Position numbers and translations under genes: made by a program. A stretch of 42,597 nt of DNA from the NCBI GenBank assembly GCA_044337935.1, contig JBIIMQ010000001.1:1-42597 (forward strand). Direction: 5' to 3'. The stretch comes from Candidatus Nitrotoga sp. GTDB lineage: Bacteria > Pseudomonadota > Gammaproteobacteria > Burkholderiales > Gallionellaceae. This document shows, piece after piece, positions 1-10,210 of this stretch (position 1 is its first letter; every line of letters begins with the position of its first letter). Under the pieces are notes generated by a model. That model did not search any database. It was not told the origin of the DNA and saw only the letters and a list, made by a program, of their open reading frames with translations.

Positions 1-1
1 G

Positions 2-1630
2 AAGACCATTTTGGATGGCACATTTGTGCATAAAGATGAGCTTACTATTCGGTTAATCCCGTTGTATATTTTGGCCGTATTTTTGGTGCGCGGTGTATCT
101 ACGTTTGCCGCCACATATACTATTACGTGGGTGGGAAATAAGGCAGTGATGGATTTGCGTGAGGCAATGTTCAGCAAATTGCTTACTTTATCCGCGCGGT
201 TTTATGATGATCATGCAACGGGCAATTTAATTTCAAAATTGACCTTTGATGTAACGCAGGTAACAGCCGCTGCCACAACGGTAGTAACAATTGGTACGCG
301 TGATTCCATAATGATTGCGGGATTGCTGGGCTGGCTTTTTTATCTGAATTGGAAACTTACTCTCCTCAGTCTGATAATGGCGCCTGTCATTGTATTTATT
401 ATGAGAACTGTCAGTCGTCGTTTGCGGGTAGCCAGCCGCAACTCACAGCGTGCGATGGGAGATATTACTCAAGTAATTGAAGAAAGTGTGTCGGCACACA
501 AGGTGGTTAAACTTTTTGGTGGGCAGGAATATGAACGCCACCGATTTAATAGTCAGGCAAACTGGGTGCGTCGTCATGCCATGAAACAGGCCACAGCCGC
601 TGCAGCCAATATACCCATTGTGCAGATGGTGGCAGCTATTGCGCTGGCAGTCATTGTTTATCTTGCCACCGAACAATCGCGTAGCGATGAAACCACGGTG
701 GGAGGATTCCTTTCCTTTATTACCGCGATGTTAATGTTGACCCCACCGTTAAAACGACTTGCCGGTGTCAGCGAACATATGCAGCGCGGATTGGCTGCTT
801 CAGAAAGCGTGTTCGAGTTATTGGATACTTCTGGTGAAACGGATACCGGCAGTAAAGTGATAACTCGCACTTCAGGCAGGTTGCAATTTGAGAATGTAAG
901 TTTTGCTTATCAAGATAAGGAAAAGCTGGCATTAAAGAATATAAATTTGGAAATTCCCGCAGGTGAAACCGTTGCGCTGGTTGGTGCTTCGGGCAGTGGC
1001 AAAAGTACGCTGGCTAATCTCGTACCGCGCTTTTATTCTCCGAACAGAGGGCGTATCACGCTGGATGGTAGTGATTTAGTGGAGCTTACGCTGGACAGCC
1101 TACGTTCAAATATTGCGTTGGTAAGCCAGGAAGTGGTGCTATTCAATGATACGGTGGCGGCCAACATTGCCTATGGTCAAATGCGGGATGTGCCGGAGGC
1201 GGAAATAATTGCCGCTGCACAAGCGGCTCATGCTATGGAATTTATTCGTGAGATGCCACAAGGTTTGCAGACATTGGTGGGTGAACGGGGTGTGCGTATG
1301 TCCGGTGGGCAGCGCCAACGGATTGCTATTGCCCGTGCTATTCTCAAGAACGCGCCGATTCTCATTTTGGATGAAGCTACGTCCGCCTTGGATAGTGAAT
1401 CCGAGCGCCATGTGCAAGCCGCGCTGGAAACGCTAATGCGCGGGCGCACCACTTTGGTTATTGCCCATCGGTTGTCTACCATTGAAAAAGCCGACAGAAT
1501 TGTCGTCTTGCAGAAAGGTGAGATTGTTGAAGTGGGCACTCATCAGGAATTGCTTGCCCGAGGCCATGTGTATGCACAACTGCACCGTATTCAGTTTATG
1601 CGGAATGATGCTGACCCTGACAATCCGTGA
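2..1630 (+). CDS. msbA: Lipid A export ABC transporter permease/ATPase MsbA (5' end lies before the window)
   Basis: Frame is open from the window edge. TM domain plus NBD with Walker A GASGSGKS, signature MSGGQRQR, Walker B ILILDEATSALD and H-loop IAHRLST. Confidence 0.93.
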   Translation, partial: KTILDGTFVHKDELTIRLIPLYILAVFLVRGVSTFAATYTITWVGNKAVMDLREAMFSKLLTLSARFYDDHATGNLISKLTFDVTQVTAAATTVVTIGTRDSIMIAGLLGWLFYLNWKLTLLSLIMAPVIVFIMRTVSRRLRVASRNSQRAMGDITQVIEESVSAHKVVKLFGGQEYERHRFNSQANWVRRHAMKQATAAAANIPIVQMVAAIALAVIVYLATEQSRSDETTVGGFLSFITAMLMLTPPLKRLAGVSEHMQRGLAASESVFELLDTSGETDTGSKVITRTSGRLQFENVSFAYQDKEKLALKNINLEIPAGETVALVGASGSGKSTLANLVPRFYSPNRGRITLDGSDLVELTLDSLRSNIALVSQEVVLFNDTVAANIAYGQMRDVPEAEIIAAAQAAHAMEFIREMPQGLQTLVGERGVRMSGGQRQRIAIARAILKNAPILILDEATSALDSESERHVQAALETLMRGRTTLVIAHRLSTIEKADRIVVLQKGEIVEVGTHQELLARGHVYAQLHRIQFMRNDADPDNP

Positions 1631-1717
1631 GGGTTGGTACCGTTACTTTGGTTACCCACACTCACCGGGAAACAAATTTAACGCAAGGAAGTATAGCAAG
1701 TCGAGGTGCGATTGAAA

Positions 1718-2728
1718 TTAAATTTTGACTGCCGGAGTAAATGCGTCTGAAAAGAATTCTTCATTGGGTAATCCGCGCAAGGTTGTGAAGTCGCGGTGAG
1801 CTGCCGTCACTACAACCGGGGCACCGCAAGCATACACCTGGTAACCGGACAAATCGGGGTAATCTGCCAATACCGCCTCATGTACGAAGCCTGTTCTGCC
1901 TTGCCATTTATCTGACGGTAAAGCGTCTGATAAGACCGGTGTGAATTTTATGCCATGGGTTTCCCATTCTTTGGCTTTATCTATCATATAGAGATCGCTT
2001 AATTTAAGTGTTCCCCAATACAAATGCATGGTTCGTTTTATGCCAACGTGCAGTGCATGTTCAATGATGGATTTGATCGGTGCGAAACCGGTACCACTGG
2101 CGACAAATATTATAGGTTTATCGCTTTCTTCTCGTAGAAAAAAGGAACCGAGAGGTCCTTTAAAACGTAAAATATCCCGTTCTTTCATATTGTTGAACAC
2201 GTGTTTTGTGAACTCCCCATCCGGAATATTACGAATGTGCAGCTGTAGAAGTTCATCATCATGTGGTGCATTGGCCAGCGAAAAGCTGCGTGCTTTACCC
2301 CCTTTAATGAGAATATCGATATATTGCCCCGCAAGAAATTGTAAGTGTTCGTTGGCCGGTAATTTAAGGTATAGCACCATGACATCATCAAGTCGTACCA
2401 GCTTGTGCACGCGACAAGGTAAAGTTTTTATCGGGATATCTTTTGCAGCGCTTACTTCGCGGCACTCGATGATCAGGTCGGACTTGGGTCTGGCACAACA
2501 CAACAGAGCTATGCCGGCTGCTTTTTCTTCGTCACTTAGAATGCTGTCTTCGGATTTTTCATAATCCACGGTACCTTGCAGTAACGTGCTTTTGCATGTT
2601 CCACATGCGCCTTCACGGCAACTATAAGGCAAAACAAAGCCATGCCTGAGTCCCGCTTCAAGGACGGTTTCGTCGGCGTCCATGGTGAAATTGTGGTCGC
2701 TCGGTTTAATAAGAACGGTGAATGCCAT
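1718..2728 (-). CDS. 2Fe-2S ferredoxin:FAD/NAD(P)H reductase, CDP-6-deoxy-delta-3,4-glucoseen reductase (AscD/RfbI)-like
   Basis: N-terminal plant-type ferredoxin motif CREGACGTC...C, FAD motif RSFSLAN, NAD motifs ASGTGFAP and YACGAP. Confidence 0.9.
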   Translation of the reverse strand: MAFTVLIKPSDHNFTMDADETVLEAGLRHGFVLPYSCREGACGTCKSTLLQGTVDYEKSEDSILSDEEKAAGIALLCCARPKSDLIIECREVSAAKDIPIKTLPCRVHKLVRLDDVMVLYLKLPANEHLQFLAGQYIDILIKGGKARSFSLANAPHDDELLQLHIRNIPDGEFTKHVFNNMKERDILRFKGPLGSFFLREESDKPIIFVASGTGFAPIKSIIEHALHVGIKRTMHLYWGTLKLSDLYMIDKAKEWETHGIKFTPVLSDALPSDKWQGRTGFVHEAVLADYPDLSGYQVYACGAPVVVTAAHRDFTTLRGLPNEEFFSDAFTPAVKI

Positions 2729-2785
2729 GAATATCTTGAGGATGCTGCGTGAGCAAAAGGGGGGATTTTAACGCATAATTACGCA

Positions 2786-3649
2786 ATGAAACGAATCTTG
2801 ATTGTTGGTTGTGGTGATATTGCCATGCGGGTTGCACGCCTGGCAAGCTGTCGTTACCGTCTGTTCGGCTTGTTACGTAATAGAGAGCGTTTCACCGCGT
2901 TGCGTGCTGAAAATATTATGCCGTTACCGGGCGATTTGGATGATATGCCTGATTTGGGTCGGTTTGCCGGGTTGGCGCACACGGTATTGTATTTTGCGCC
3001 GCCACCGAATATTGGTCAAAGCGACACGCGAATCCGCAATCTGTTAGCCGTTTTGTCGTGCAGTACACGGCCGAAGTGTTTTGTGTACATCAGTACTAGT
3101 GGCGTATATGGCGATTGTGCCGGGGCGGTTGTCACGGAGACGCATGTATTGAATGCCCAGACTGAGCGTGCCCGGCGTAGGGTGGATGCGGAAAATAAAG
3201 TTCGCAGCTGGGCCGCACGCACCGGAGTGCGAGCCATTATTCTGCGCGTACCGGGTATCTATGCTGCGGATCGGTTACCGTTGCAGCGTTTGCAGCAAGG
3301 GACACCCGCAATTGTTACAACAGAAGACAGCCATACCAATCATATTCATGCAGATGACCTGGCGCGTATTGTGATGTCATCATTGCGCTATGCAAAATCG
3401 AACCGGGTGTATCACACCAGTGATGACAGTGAACTTAAGATGGGAGATTATTTCGATAGCGTGGCAGATGCATTTGGCTTACCGCGTGTGCCGCGTATCA
3501 GTCGTGAACAGGCGCAACAGACTTTGCCAAAGACGTTGCTTTCATTTATTAACGAATCTCGCCGCTTGACAAATACACGCATGAAACGCGAATTGAAAAT
3601 AGCATTGCGTTATCCGACCGTAGCGGATGCGTTAAAAACCTTTCGGTAA
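2786..3649 (+). CDS. Atypical SDR / NAD-dependent epimerase-dehydratase family protein
   Basis: Rossmann motif LIVGCGDIA, YISTSGVYGD, LRVPGIY, NHIHADDLA. Divergent from the reductase gene, a common betaproteobacterial arrangement. Confidence 0.88.
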   Translation: MKRILIVGCGDIAMRVARLASCRYRLFGLLRNRERFTALRAENIMPLPGDLDDMPDLGRFAGLAHTVLYFAPPPNIGQSDTRIRNLLAVLSCSTRPKCFVYISTSGVYGDCAGAVVTETHVLNAQTERARRRVDAENKVRSWAARTGVRAIILRVPGIYAADRLPLQRLQQGTPAIVTTEDSHTNHIHADDLARIVMSSLRYAKSNRVYHTSDDSELKMGDYFDSVADAFGLPRVPRISREQAQQTLPKTLLSFINESRRLTNTRMKRELKIALRYPTVADALKTFR

Positions 3650-3686
3650 CCCCCCCTGTTTAGCGGCATGAAATGAGGGGGAATTG

Positions 3687-4286
3687 TTATCTAACAGATC
3701 CTTTTTTTCGTATTCTTACGTTAAAGGATATGGATATTCTTTCAACGTCTGCCTGGTTAGGTTCTACTGAATGGGGCAGCCAGGATGGAAACATGACTAA
3801 ATGATTTTTCCTCGCCGGATATGAAAATTTTGGTGCATTAATTGCGTTAAGCTGTGAAATGGGTGCTAACGATTCTATGGAATATTGTTCTTGAAAATTT
3901 CTGTAAAACTCTATTTGGGCTTCAGAATCAGTAACGTAATATGCACCGGATACAAATGCGGAGCAATGAATATGAATTTTATTGTAATTGTTTAGGTTGT
4001 TGATGTTTACCCACACATTGTCCATATAAGTTTCGAAATTTATCTCATCGTACCCAAAATCAGATAAACATTTTTTTGATCTGCGTAAAATTTCGTTTAA
4101 CAAAGGTGTTAACTCGGGGTGATCACCGTAATAAAATTCTTTTGATTGCCAACCGCCAACGTTGCTAACATCATTTCCATGCGGATCGGATTGTCTCAAT
4201 TGATGACAAAAATTCATAATGGCATCAACATCAAGGTTGAGCTTATCCCACCAAACCGGTGTTGAAAAATAGGTATCGAGGTGCAT
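3687..4286 (-). CDS. Putative 2OG-Fe(II) oxygenase (TIGR02466 / 2OG-FeII_Oxy_5 family)
   Basis: N-terminal FSTP, SNVGGWQS, WVNIN, HIH, SGAYY, FPSWLPHSV and RISISFN motifs; AGGAGA RBS upstream. Confidence 0.85.
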   Translation of the reverse strand: MHLDTYFSTPVWWDKLNLDVDAIMNFCHQLRQSDPHGNDVSNVGGWQSKEFYYGDHPELTPLLNEILRRSKKCLSDFGYDEINFETYMDNVWVNINNLNNYNKIHIHCSAFVSGAYYVTDSEAQIEFYRNFQEQYSIESLAPISQLNAINAPKFSYPARKNHLVMFPSWLPHSVEPNQADVERISISFNVRIRKKGSVR

Positions 4287-4551
4287 GGTTTTATATCTCC
4301 TGAATTGTAGAAATTACTGGAAAAGTATAAATTACGAGGCAATAAAACAGATAATGGTTAGTTCATGCATGACTTGTAAAAATAAGTAGGCGTGGAACAT
4401 TATACTTTTTTGTTTCCAGGAGAAATGCAGGATTCATCAAGCTTTTGCAGTATATCGGGGTTTCAATATTTGTAAGGCGAGCAGAAGTTATCCGGGTAAT
4501 TTGGCCCATTTAACTTGCCTATTTTATTGGGTTAAGCGTGCTGCTGGAATT

Positions 4552-6768
4552 TCAACTTTTTTCTAAAAGTTCATTTAATCCGGCAGGTTTTTTGGGAACG
4601 AAATTGGGTTTTCCGATGCTTTCCATGATGTCACTTAAACCACCTAGTTTTCTGCGGAATTCTTCACTAACATCAATTGCTTGCTGGTTGTTGGATAGTA
4701 GGCGTGGGGTTATCATAAGAACCAGTTCAGTGCGGTTATTGTTAAAAGACTGGGTGCCGAATAATCCACCAATATAGGGAATTTTAGATAAATACGGCAA
4801 TCCGCTACTGGCGATGGTTTTGTTATCCGTAATCAATCCACCCAATACCATTGTCTCCCCGGATTTTACTACCACCGTGGTTTTTACCGCCCGTTTGCTG
4901 ATAGTGGGCGAATCGATTGAGGATGTTGTGGTTATTGAGGCAGCACTCACTTCCTGATTGATGTCCATGGTGACTTGACCGCCGATATTGATACGTGGTG
5001 TAACCGTTAGTAAAATTCCGGTGTCAACATATTGGATTGAGGCAATAAGCCCTGTAGCGGAGCCTAAAACTGATTGGCTTTGACTGGTGATAGGTACTCG
5101 ATCGCCGACCTGAATTTTGGCAGTTTGGTTGTCGGTGACCATTATGTGTGGCGATGAAATCACTTTGACGCGTGAATCGGATGCTAACAAATTGAGCGCG
5201 GAGGCTATTCCTCCGGATACATTGGAATTATTCAGCACATAGGAAAAGCCGGGGGCTAAAGCACTAATTCCGGCATCACCCGTGTCGAGTTTCCCCTTGC
5301 CGTTTTTTCCACGATTAAAGGCCCACTCCAGACCGTATTGCAAATCACCTGTTAACGTGACTTCTGCAATGGTGACATCGATTAAAACCTGCCGAGGGGG
5401 TACATCCAGTTTGCGAATAGCAGCTTCAATTTTTTCATAATTGGTTGGTGAGGCAAGAATTAACAGTGCGTTATTGTCTTTATCGGCGAGTACGCGAACG
5501 TCGCCTTTAACGGCAACATTGTCGCCAGCCGTTGTTTGATGTTCCGGGGCTGCATCCGCCACTGGTGGGGACTCGGTTGATTTTACTTCAGCTGGAGCCA
5601 GGCCGGGAGCAAGAGCTGGCGGGGACGTGGTCGGTGTTGATGATTTGTTGAATACATTGTTGAGCAATGTCGCCAGTTTTTCAGCCTGTCCATTCTGTAC
5701 CGGATAAACGAATAAGCGCATACCGCCGGCAGATCCGCTGGTGTGATCCAAACGATCAATCCAGATTCTCGCCTGTTCCAGATATCTGGGTTGTTGAGTG
5801 ATTACTAAAATGGCATTGAGGCGCTCAATGGGCATCAGCTTGACTACTCCGGCCAACGGACTTAGCGCTTGAGCACCAAAAATTTTATTGAGATCAGCCA
5901 CAGCGGTTTTGACCTCAACATTTTGCAGTGTGAATAAGGCGACCGACATTCCGGATAGCCAATCCACATCGAACATGGCAATGGTATCCCGCAGATGTTT
6001 CAATTCGCGCTCGGTACCGGAAAGAATCAACAGGTTTCTTGCTTCATCAATACGCACGGCACTTGCTTCCGTAACGAACGGCTCAAGAATTTTTACCATT
6101 TCCTTGGCCGCAATAAATTTTAACGGCGTAATTTGCACACTGTAGCCGCGGCCACTTTGCAATAATATGTTGCCGTCACCCAGTTGTGGTGTGATTGAAC
6201 CGCGCGTGGCAGTAGCGGCCGGCACTATTTTGTAGGTGCCCGCTTCCCTGATAATTGCCGCACCATTCATGCGCAACATGGTTTCCAGTGTGGGCAATAA
6301 ATCTTTTCGCTGGATAGGGCTGCTCGTGTGTAAGTTAATGACCCCTTGCACTTTTGGGTCAATGATATAGGTTTCATTGAAGATGTCGCCGATAATTGCT
6401 TTGACGACTTCGCGTAAGTCCGCCCCCTCGAAATTAAGCATCATTTCGTCTCCAGCAGCCGACTTGGCTGCGGTTGCGACAGGTGTTGGCGCTTTTATAA
6501 ATTCTCCGGTGCCCGGGTAGTACAGTTTGTCTTTTTCATGGCTATCAGTAACTGCGGGGCTATCTTCTTTTTTGCGCGGGGTTGCGACATCGCTGATGTT
6601 TTGTGTTACGGGACGAGATTCAGCGATTTTTTCGATCTTCTTTTCATCCTCTTTTTTTTCATCGTTTCTCTGAATGTCAAACATTTTGAAAAAAGCGGTA
6701 CACCCCCCCAGTAACGGGAGTGTGATTATTATTAGAATTAATCGCAGGTAAGTTATGTTTGTGCTCAT
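4552..6768 (-). CDS. gspD: Type II secretion secretin GspD (XpsD-like, predicted lipoprotein)
   Basis: Lipobox LGGC, N0 motif LNFEGADLREVVKAI, secretin motifs QVLIDVTIAEV, SGETMVLGGLI, GLPYLSKIPYIGGLFG, RTELVLMITP. Confidence 0.95.
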   Translation of the reverse strand: MSTNITYLRLILIIITLPLLGGCTAFFKMFDIQRNDEKKEDEKKIEKIAESRPVTQNISDVATPRKKEDSPAVTDSHEKDKLYYPGTGEFIKAPTPVATAAKSAAGDEMMLNFEGADLREVVKAIIGDIFNETYIIDPKVQGVINLHTSSPIQRKDLLPTLETMLRMNGAAIIREAGTYKIVPAATATRGSITPQLGDGNILLQSGRGYSVQITPLKFIAAKEMVKILEPFVTEASAVRIDEARNLLILSGTERELKHLRDTIAMFDVDWLSGMSVALFTLQNVEVKTAVADLNKIFGAQALSPLAGVVKLMPIERLNAILVITQQPRYLEQARIWIDRLDHTSGSAGGMRLFVYPVQNGQAEKLATLLNNVFNKSSTPTTSPPALAPGLAPAEVKSTESPPVADAAPEHQTTAGDNVAVKGDVRVLADKDNNALLILASPTNYEKIEAAIRKLDVPPRQVLIDVTIAEVTLTGDLQYGLEWAFNRGKNGKGKLDTGDAGISALAPGFSYVLNNSNVSGGIASALNLLASDSRVKVISSPHIMVTDNQTAKIQVGDRVPITSQSQSVLGSATGLIASIQYVDTGILLTVTPRINIGGQVTMDINQEVSAASITTTSSIDSPTISKRAVKTTVVVKSGETMVLGGLITDNKTIASSGLPYLSKIPYIGGLFGTQSFNNNRTELVLMITPRLLSNNQQAIDVSEEFRRKLGGLSDIMESIGKPNFVPKKPAGLNELLEKS

Positions 6769-7093
6769 GTTCTTTTCATTTTTAAGCGCATATTAGTCTT
6801 TTAACAGGATGATCTCAGTAAAATTGTCTTGTTAGCGGCTGTTTGCGTTTAATGTGTCCGATTCAGGTTATCAGCTTTTCTTCTTGTCTGGCAATGAATC
6901 TGTTGTTCTTGGGTTGCATCGGCGAACTGTAATTCAGTAGTAAATATAGTCGTTCCCGGTTGAAAATATTTCGATGCGGTCAAGAGTCATCATTTTATTT
7001 CGGCATTTACGGCTATTTATTTAAAAATACGTTAATTTTCACCCGCGTGAGGATGTTGTTATTTGAAAGAAAACCTACATCAAAAGTTATCCG

Positions 7094-7822
7094 TTATTCC
7101 GGTGGCTGTTGTCGTATTGACCGGCGGAGTTCAAAAATAGACCGGGGGTCGTTAATATTGTCCGTCGGTACTGTATTTGCTGTGTTAGACGGCGGCGTAG
7201 CAGGTGTGGCAATTTGTGTTGGTATGCTCAGGCCAGCAGGCTTTCCCGGTGGATTTGGCCCGGTTTTTATTTTCAATACTAACTCTTCGCGTTCGTCACC
7301 CTGCTTGAGAGTGATTCTGTCGCGATCCAATTTTTCAATCAGCATGCCGTTGATTTCTTGACCCAGTTCAACGCGTATCACCTTACGGGTAATTTCTTCA
7401 CGTAACAACGCAATATTTTTGTCTTTAGTGATAATGATGCCATCCAGAATAAATTGCCCTTTACGCATAGTCGGTTGGGGAGGCTCTACCGGGACGGGTA
7501 ATAGGGGCGGAGGTGGCGAGTGGCGAGTAGATGTAGTCGATGTTTTGTGTTGATGAAGAGTGGGTGTCGCTGGTAATGAGTGACGGTTTGGTGTAAACAG
7601 CGGCCGATCCAAGATTGTTGTATAGGAGTTTAATGGCTGCAAGACGAACGCCGGCTGTAAAGGCAGTGCGGCGGGACGATTTTTTTGTGGTGTTGGTTGT
7701 GGTAAGGGAGTGTTGATTCGGGTACCCCAACCCAGTTCAGTGCCTATCGTCCAGATTAGCAATATGAGTATTGCCAAGAATACTATGTTTAAGAAATGAC
7801 GGGGTTCAAAGGGCCGCTTCAT
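7094..7822 (-). CDS. Type II secretion XpsN/GspC-like protein (TM anchor, Pro-rich linker, HR-like domain)
   Basis: Lies between gspM and gspD. RPLFTPNR motif and HR-like segment LDGIIIT...VELGQEINGMLIEKLDRDRITLKQG. 4-bp overlap with the gspM stop. Confidence 0.75.
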   Translation of the reverse strand: MKRPFEPRHFLNIVFLAILILLIWTIGTELGWGTRINTPLPQPTPQKNRPAALPLQPAFVLQPLNSYTTILDRPLFTPNRHSLPATPTLHQHKTSTTSTRHSPPPPLLPVPVEPPQPTMRKGQFILDGIIITKDKNIALLREEITRKVIRVELGQEINGMLIEKLDRDRITLKQGDEREELVLKIKTGPNPPGKPAGLSIPTQIATPATPPSNTANTVPTDNINDPRSIFELRRSIRQQPPE

Positions 7823-8397
7823 TTTTTATCCGCCATTAATGCATAGCCCGATATATCAAACTGTGATAAGAGTTCCGGATCTGTCTGGGGGGTTCCCCTG
7901 TTTAATGCGGTGGCTTGCGAGCGCAGGCTGATATTATCAAGCAGCAGATAGGGTTGCGCGGTCTCCGTGGCGTAAAGAATTTTTCTCAGTGCGGACATGT
8001 TGCTGGTAAATTGGACACTGACTGCAACACGACGATAGCCACCGTCGTCCTTGAATGGCATGACCTGCATGCTGACCAATTCGCCACCATTTATTTCGAT
8101 CAGATTTTTTGCTGTTTCTTGAATTTCTGATGCGGCCAAGGCGGCACCAGTGTTTTTAAGGAAATGCTGGCGGCCATTTTTTTGTTTCACCTGATCGAGT
8201 GCCAGCCGGATTTCGGTCTGGGTCGCGACAATGTGCCGGTATCGCCCCAGATGATCGGCCAGATCATCCAACGACTGATCGTAGTGGCGATGTAGCATAT
8301 TGATCGGGATGAGTAATAGTAGAATGCCAATTGTCAGAAATAGGATTAACAAGCCAATGGCAAGGCTGCGACTTTGATTTTTACCGAGGGTACGCAT
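7819..8397 (-). CDS. gspM: Type II secretion protein GspM (T2SSM_b type)
   Basis: Single N-terminal TM helix, ferredoxin-like domain with LYATETAQPYLLLDNISL; position after gspL. Confidence 0.85.
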   Translation of the reverse strand: MRTLGKNQSRSLAIGLLILFLTIGILLLLIPINMLHRHYDQSLDDLADHLGRYRHIVATQTEIRLALDQVKQKNGRQHFLKNTGAALAASEIQETAKNLIEINGGELVSMQVMPFKDDGGYRRVAVSVQFTSNMSALRKILYATETAQPYLLLDNISLRSQATALNRGTPQTDPELLSQFDISGYALMADKK

Positions 8398-9767
8398 CAG
8401 GGTTTGGCCTCGGAATTTGGCATCGCTTTGGTTGTCTCTTTGGTGACAGGCGAATTTGACGCAGGTAACATCGGTTTGAGCGGCGGGGTTCGTAACGGCA
8501 ATGGCGAATCAAATTTTTCCGCTTCCAGTTTGTTGGACTCGGAAACGGCTTGCGCTGATTTGCCGGTATTGCTATCGGGTTTGTTTATGCCAATGGATGG
8601 ATAGGGTTGCAGTGCAGATTGTCCGGATACGGGCGCGCCGATTTCGGTAGGAGGCACTGTCATTATTTTTGCCACCAAGTGGTAATGCTCGCTGTTTGGC
8701 ATATTACCTTTGGTCAGCGGTGAGCGAAAATTGGCGTCATGCAAAATCTTGGTGTTTTCAATCAAGGCGATTAATTTCGATGAGGAGCCGGTTTCCCCTT
8801 GGATTTGCAGTTCTTGTCCTTTGAGATTGAATTGTTGTACCCAAGTGTCATCCGGCAATAACCGTGATAACTCGTCTAGTAGAATGATTAAAGGTGGGGT
8901 TGCCTGCTTTTTGTCCAAGAGAAAATTGTATTCTGCGGCCAGTTTTTCCTGCTCATGCCGTAGTGCGTCCGTCTCTTTTGCTTGTTGCTTCGCGCGATCA
9001 ACGATTGGTTGCAGGGCAACCACGGCTTGATGTTTGTGCCAGAGGGGGATAATGACGGCGGTCGTTGCTAGGACCAGTGTTAACAGTAACAAGCCAAGGT
9101 GGATTCCACGGGGCTTGGAGGGGTGGTTTGTGTTGTGCTCGGCCGGGATCAGGTTGATGGCATCACCGATTTGTACAGTATTTGCGGCAAATGCGGCATT
9201 GGCTGGTGCACCCCATCGCTCCAGCAGATCGAGAGATTTATTCATTTCCGGGCGCGGTACTACTACAAGTTTGACGGTAAGCCGTTCTTTGGGATTATTT
9301 ACATCGAGCACACGAAAATCAAAATAGACTTGTTCCGCGTTGAACGGAGTATGGCGATCCATTTCAAAACCGAGTACTTGGCGCAGATTTTTGGCCGCCG
9401 CCAGGGGTAATTCGATCTGCTTGACCAAGTACTGAGTTTCAGTGAGCCATAATGCAACCGATTCATTGTGTTTATGTAGTTTGCTAAAAAGTGCCCGGAA
9501 AGCAATTTTCGGGGAATCATGACCATCGGATTGTCTATCGATTCGGCCTTGCTCGGTTAAGCTGCCTTGCAGCCAGCGGTACAATACAACAGCTTGGGGT
9601 GTTACTTCTATCAGAAGCCCGTGGGTGGCGGTAGTGCCGGATTGCTGTAACCATTGCGGTACGAGCGCAATAAGTTCGCCCGACCACCAATGCCAAAAAC
9701 GCCCAAGCGGTGAGTTTCTGTCAAAAGTAAAGCGTGGCTGGCGTGCAGTTTGAATTTTAGTGGTCAT
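8397..9767 (-). CDS. gspL: Type II secretion protein GspL (XpsL/PilN-domain type)
   Basis: FWHWWSGEL, LPLAAAKNLRQVLGFEMDRHTPF, TM helix, PilN-like LDELSRLLPDDTW. ATG at 9767 (in-frame TTG at 9770). Confidence 0.88.
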   Translation of the reverse strand: MTTKIQTARQPRFTFDRNSPLGRFWHWWSGELIALVPQWLQQSGTTATHGLLIEVTPQAVVLYRWLQGSLTEQGRIDRQSDGHDSPKIAFRALFSKLHKHNESVALWLTETQYLVKQIELPLAAAKNLRQVLGFEMDRHTPFNAEQVYFDFRVLDVNNPKERLTVKLVVVPRPEMNKSLDLLERWGAPANAAFAANTVQIGDAINLIPAEHNTNHPSKPRGIHLGLLLLTLVLATTAVIIPLWHKHQAVVALQPIVDRAKQQAKETDALRHEQEKLAAEYNFLLDKKQATPPLIILLDELSRLLPDDTWVQQFNLKGQELQIQGETGSSSKLIALIENTKILHDANFRSPLTKGNMPNSEHYHLVAKIMTVPPTEIGAPVSGQSALQPYPSIGINKPDSNTGKSAQAVSESNKLEAEKFDSPLPLRTPPLKPMLPASNSPVTKETTKAMPNSEAKP

Positions 9768-10210
9768 CAAAATTGTAGTGCATTCATGGCGTTCTGCTAA
9801 TTTCTAGGCAGAAGGGCATAATGATAATAGGGTTTCAGGACTACAGAAGTAGTGTGTGAAAGCTAATTAAGTACTATAAATTTCCCCGATCGGTAATTAG
9901 TATTCGGATATCTTCAATGTGTTGTTCTGAGAACAGAAATATACAACAACGCCCGCACAAGACTTGTTGGCAAGTATGCTAAATATCGTTAAATTTAACC
10001 AAAGCTTTATATTCGCTACAAAAAAATTAAAACGGCGTGTTATTTAGAGTGTGGCTTATAGGAATGAGCCACGTAATATGTCAATTGCTTAAAATGTCTT
10101 CATAACAACATGTTCGATATATGATTATTATCGCTTTCTGGATAGTGGGAACATAACATACTATTGCAATGAGGGAAATTTTCGTAGGTGATAATGTAGA
10201 AGCGAGTGGC

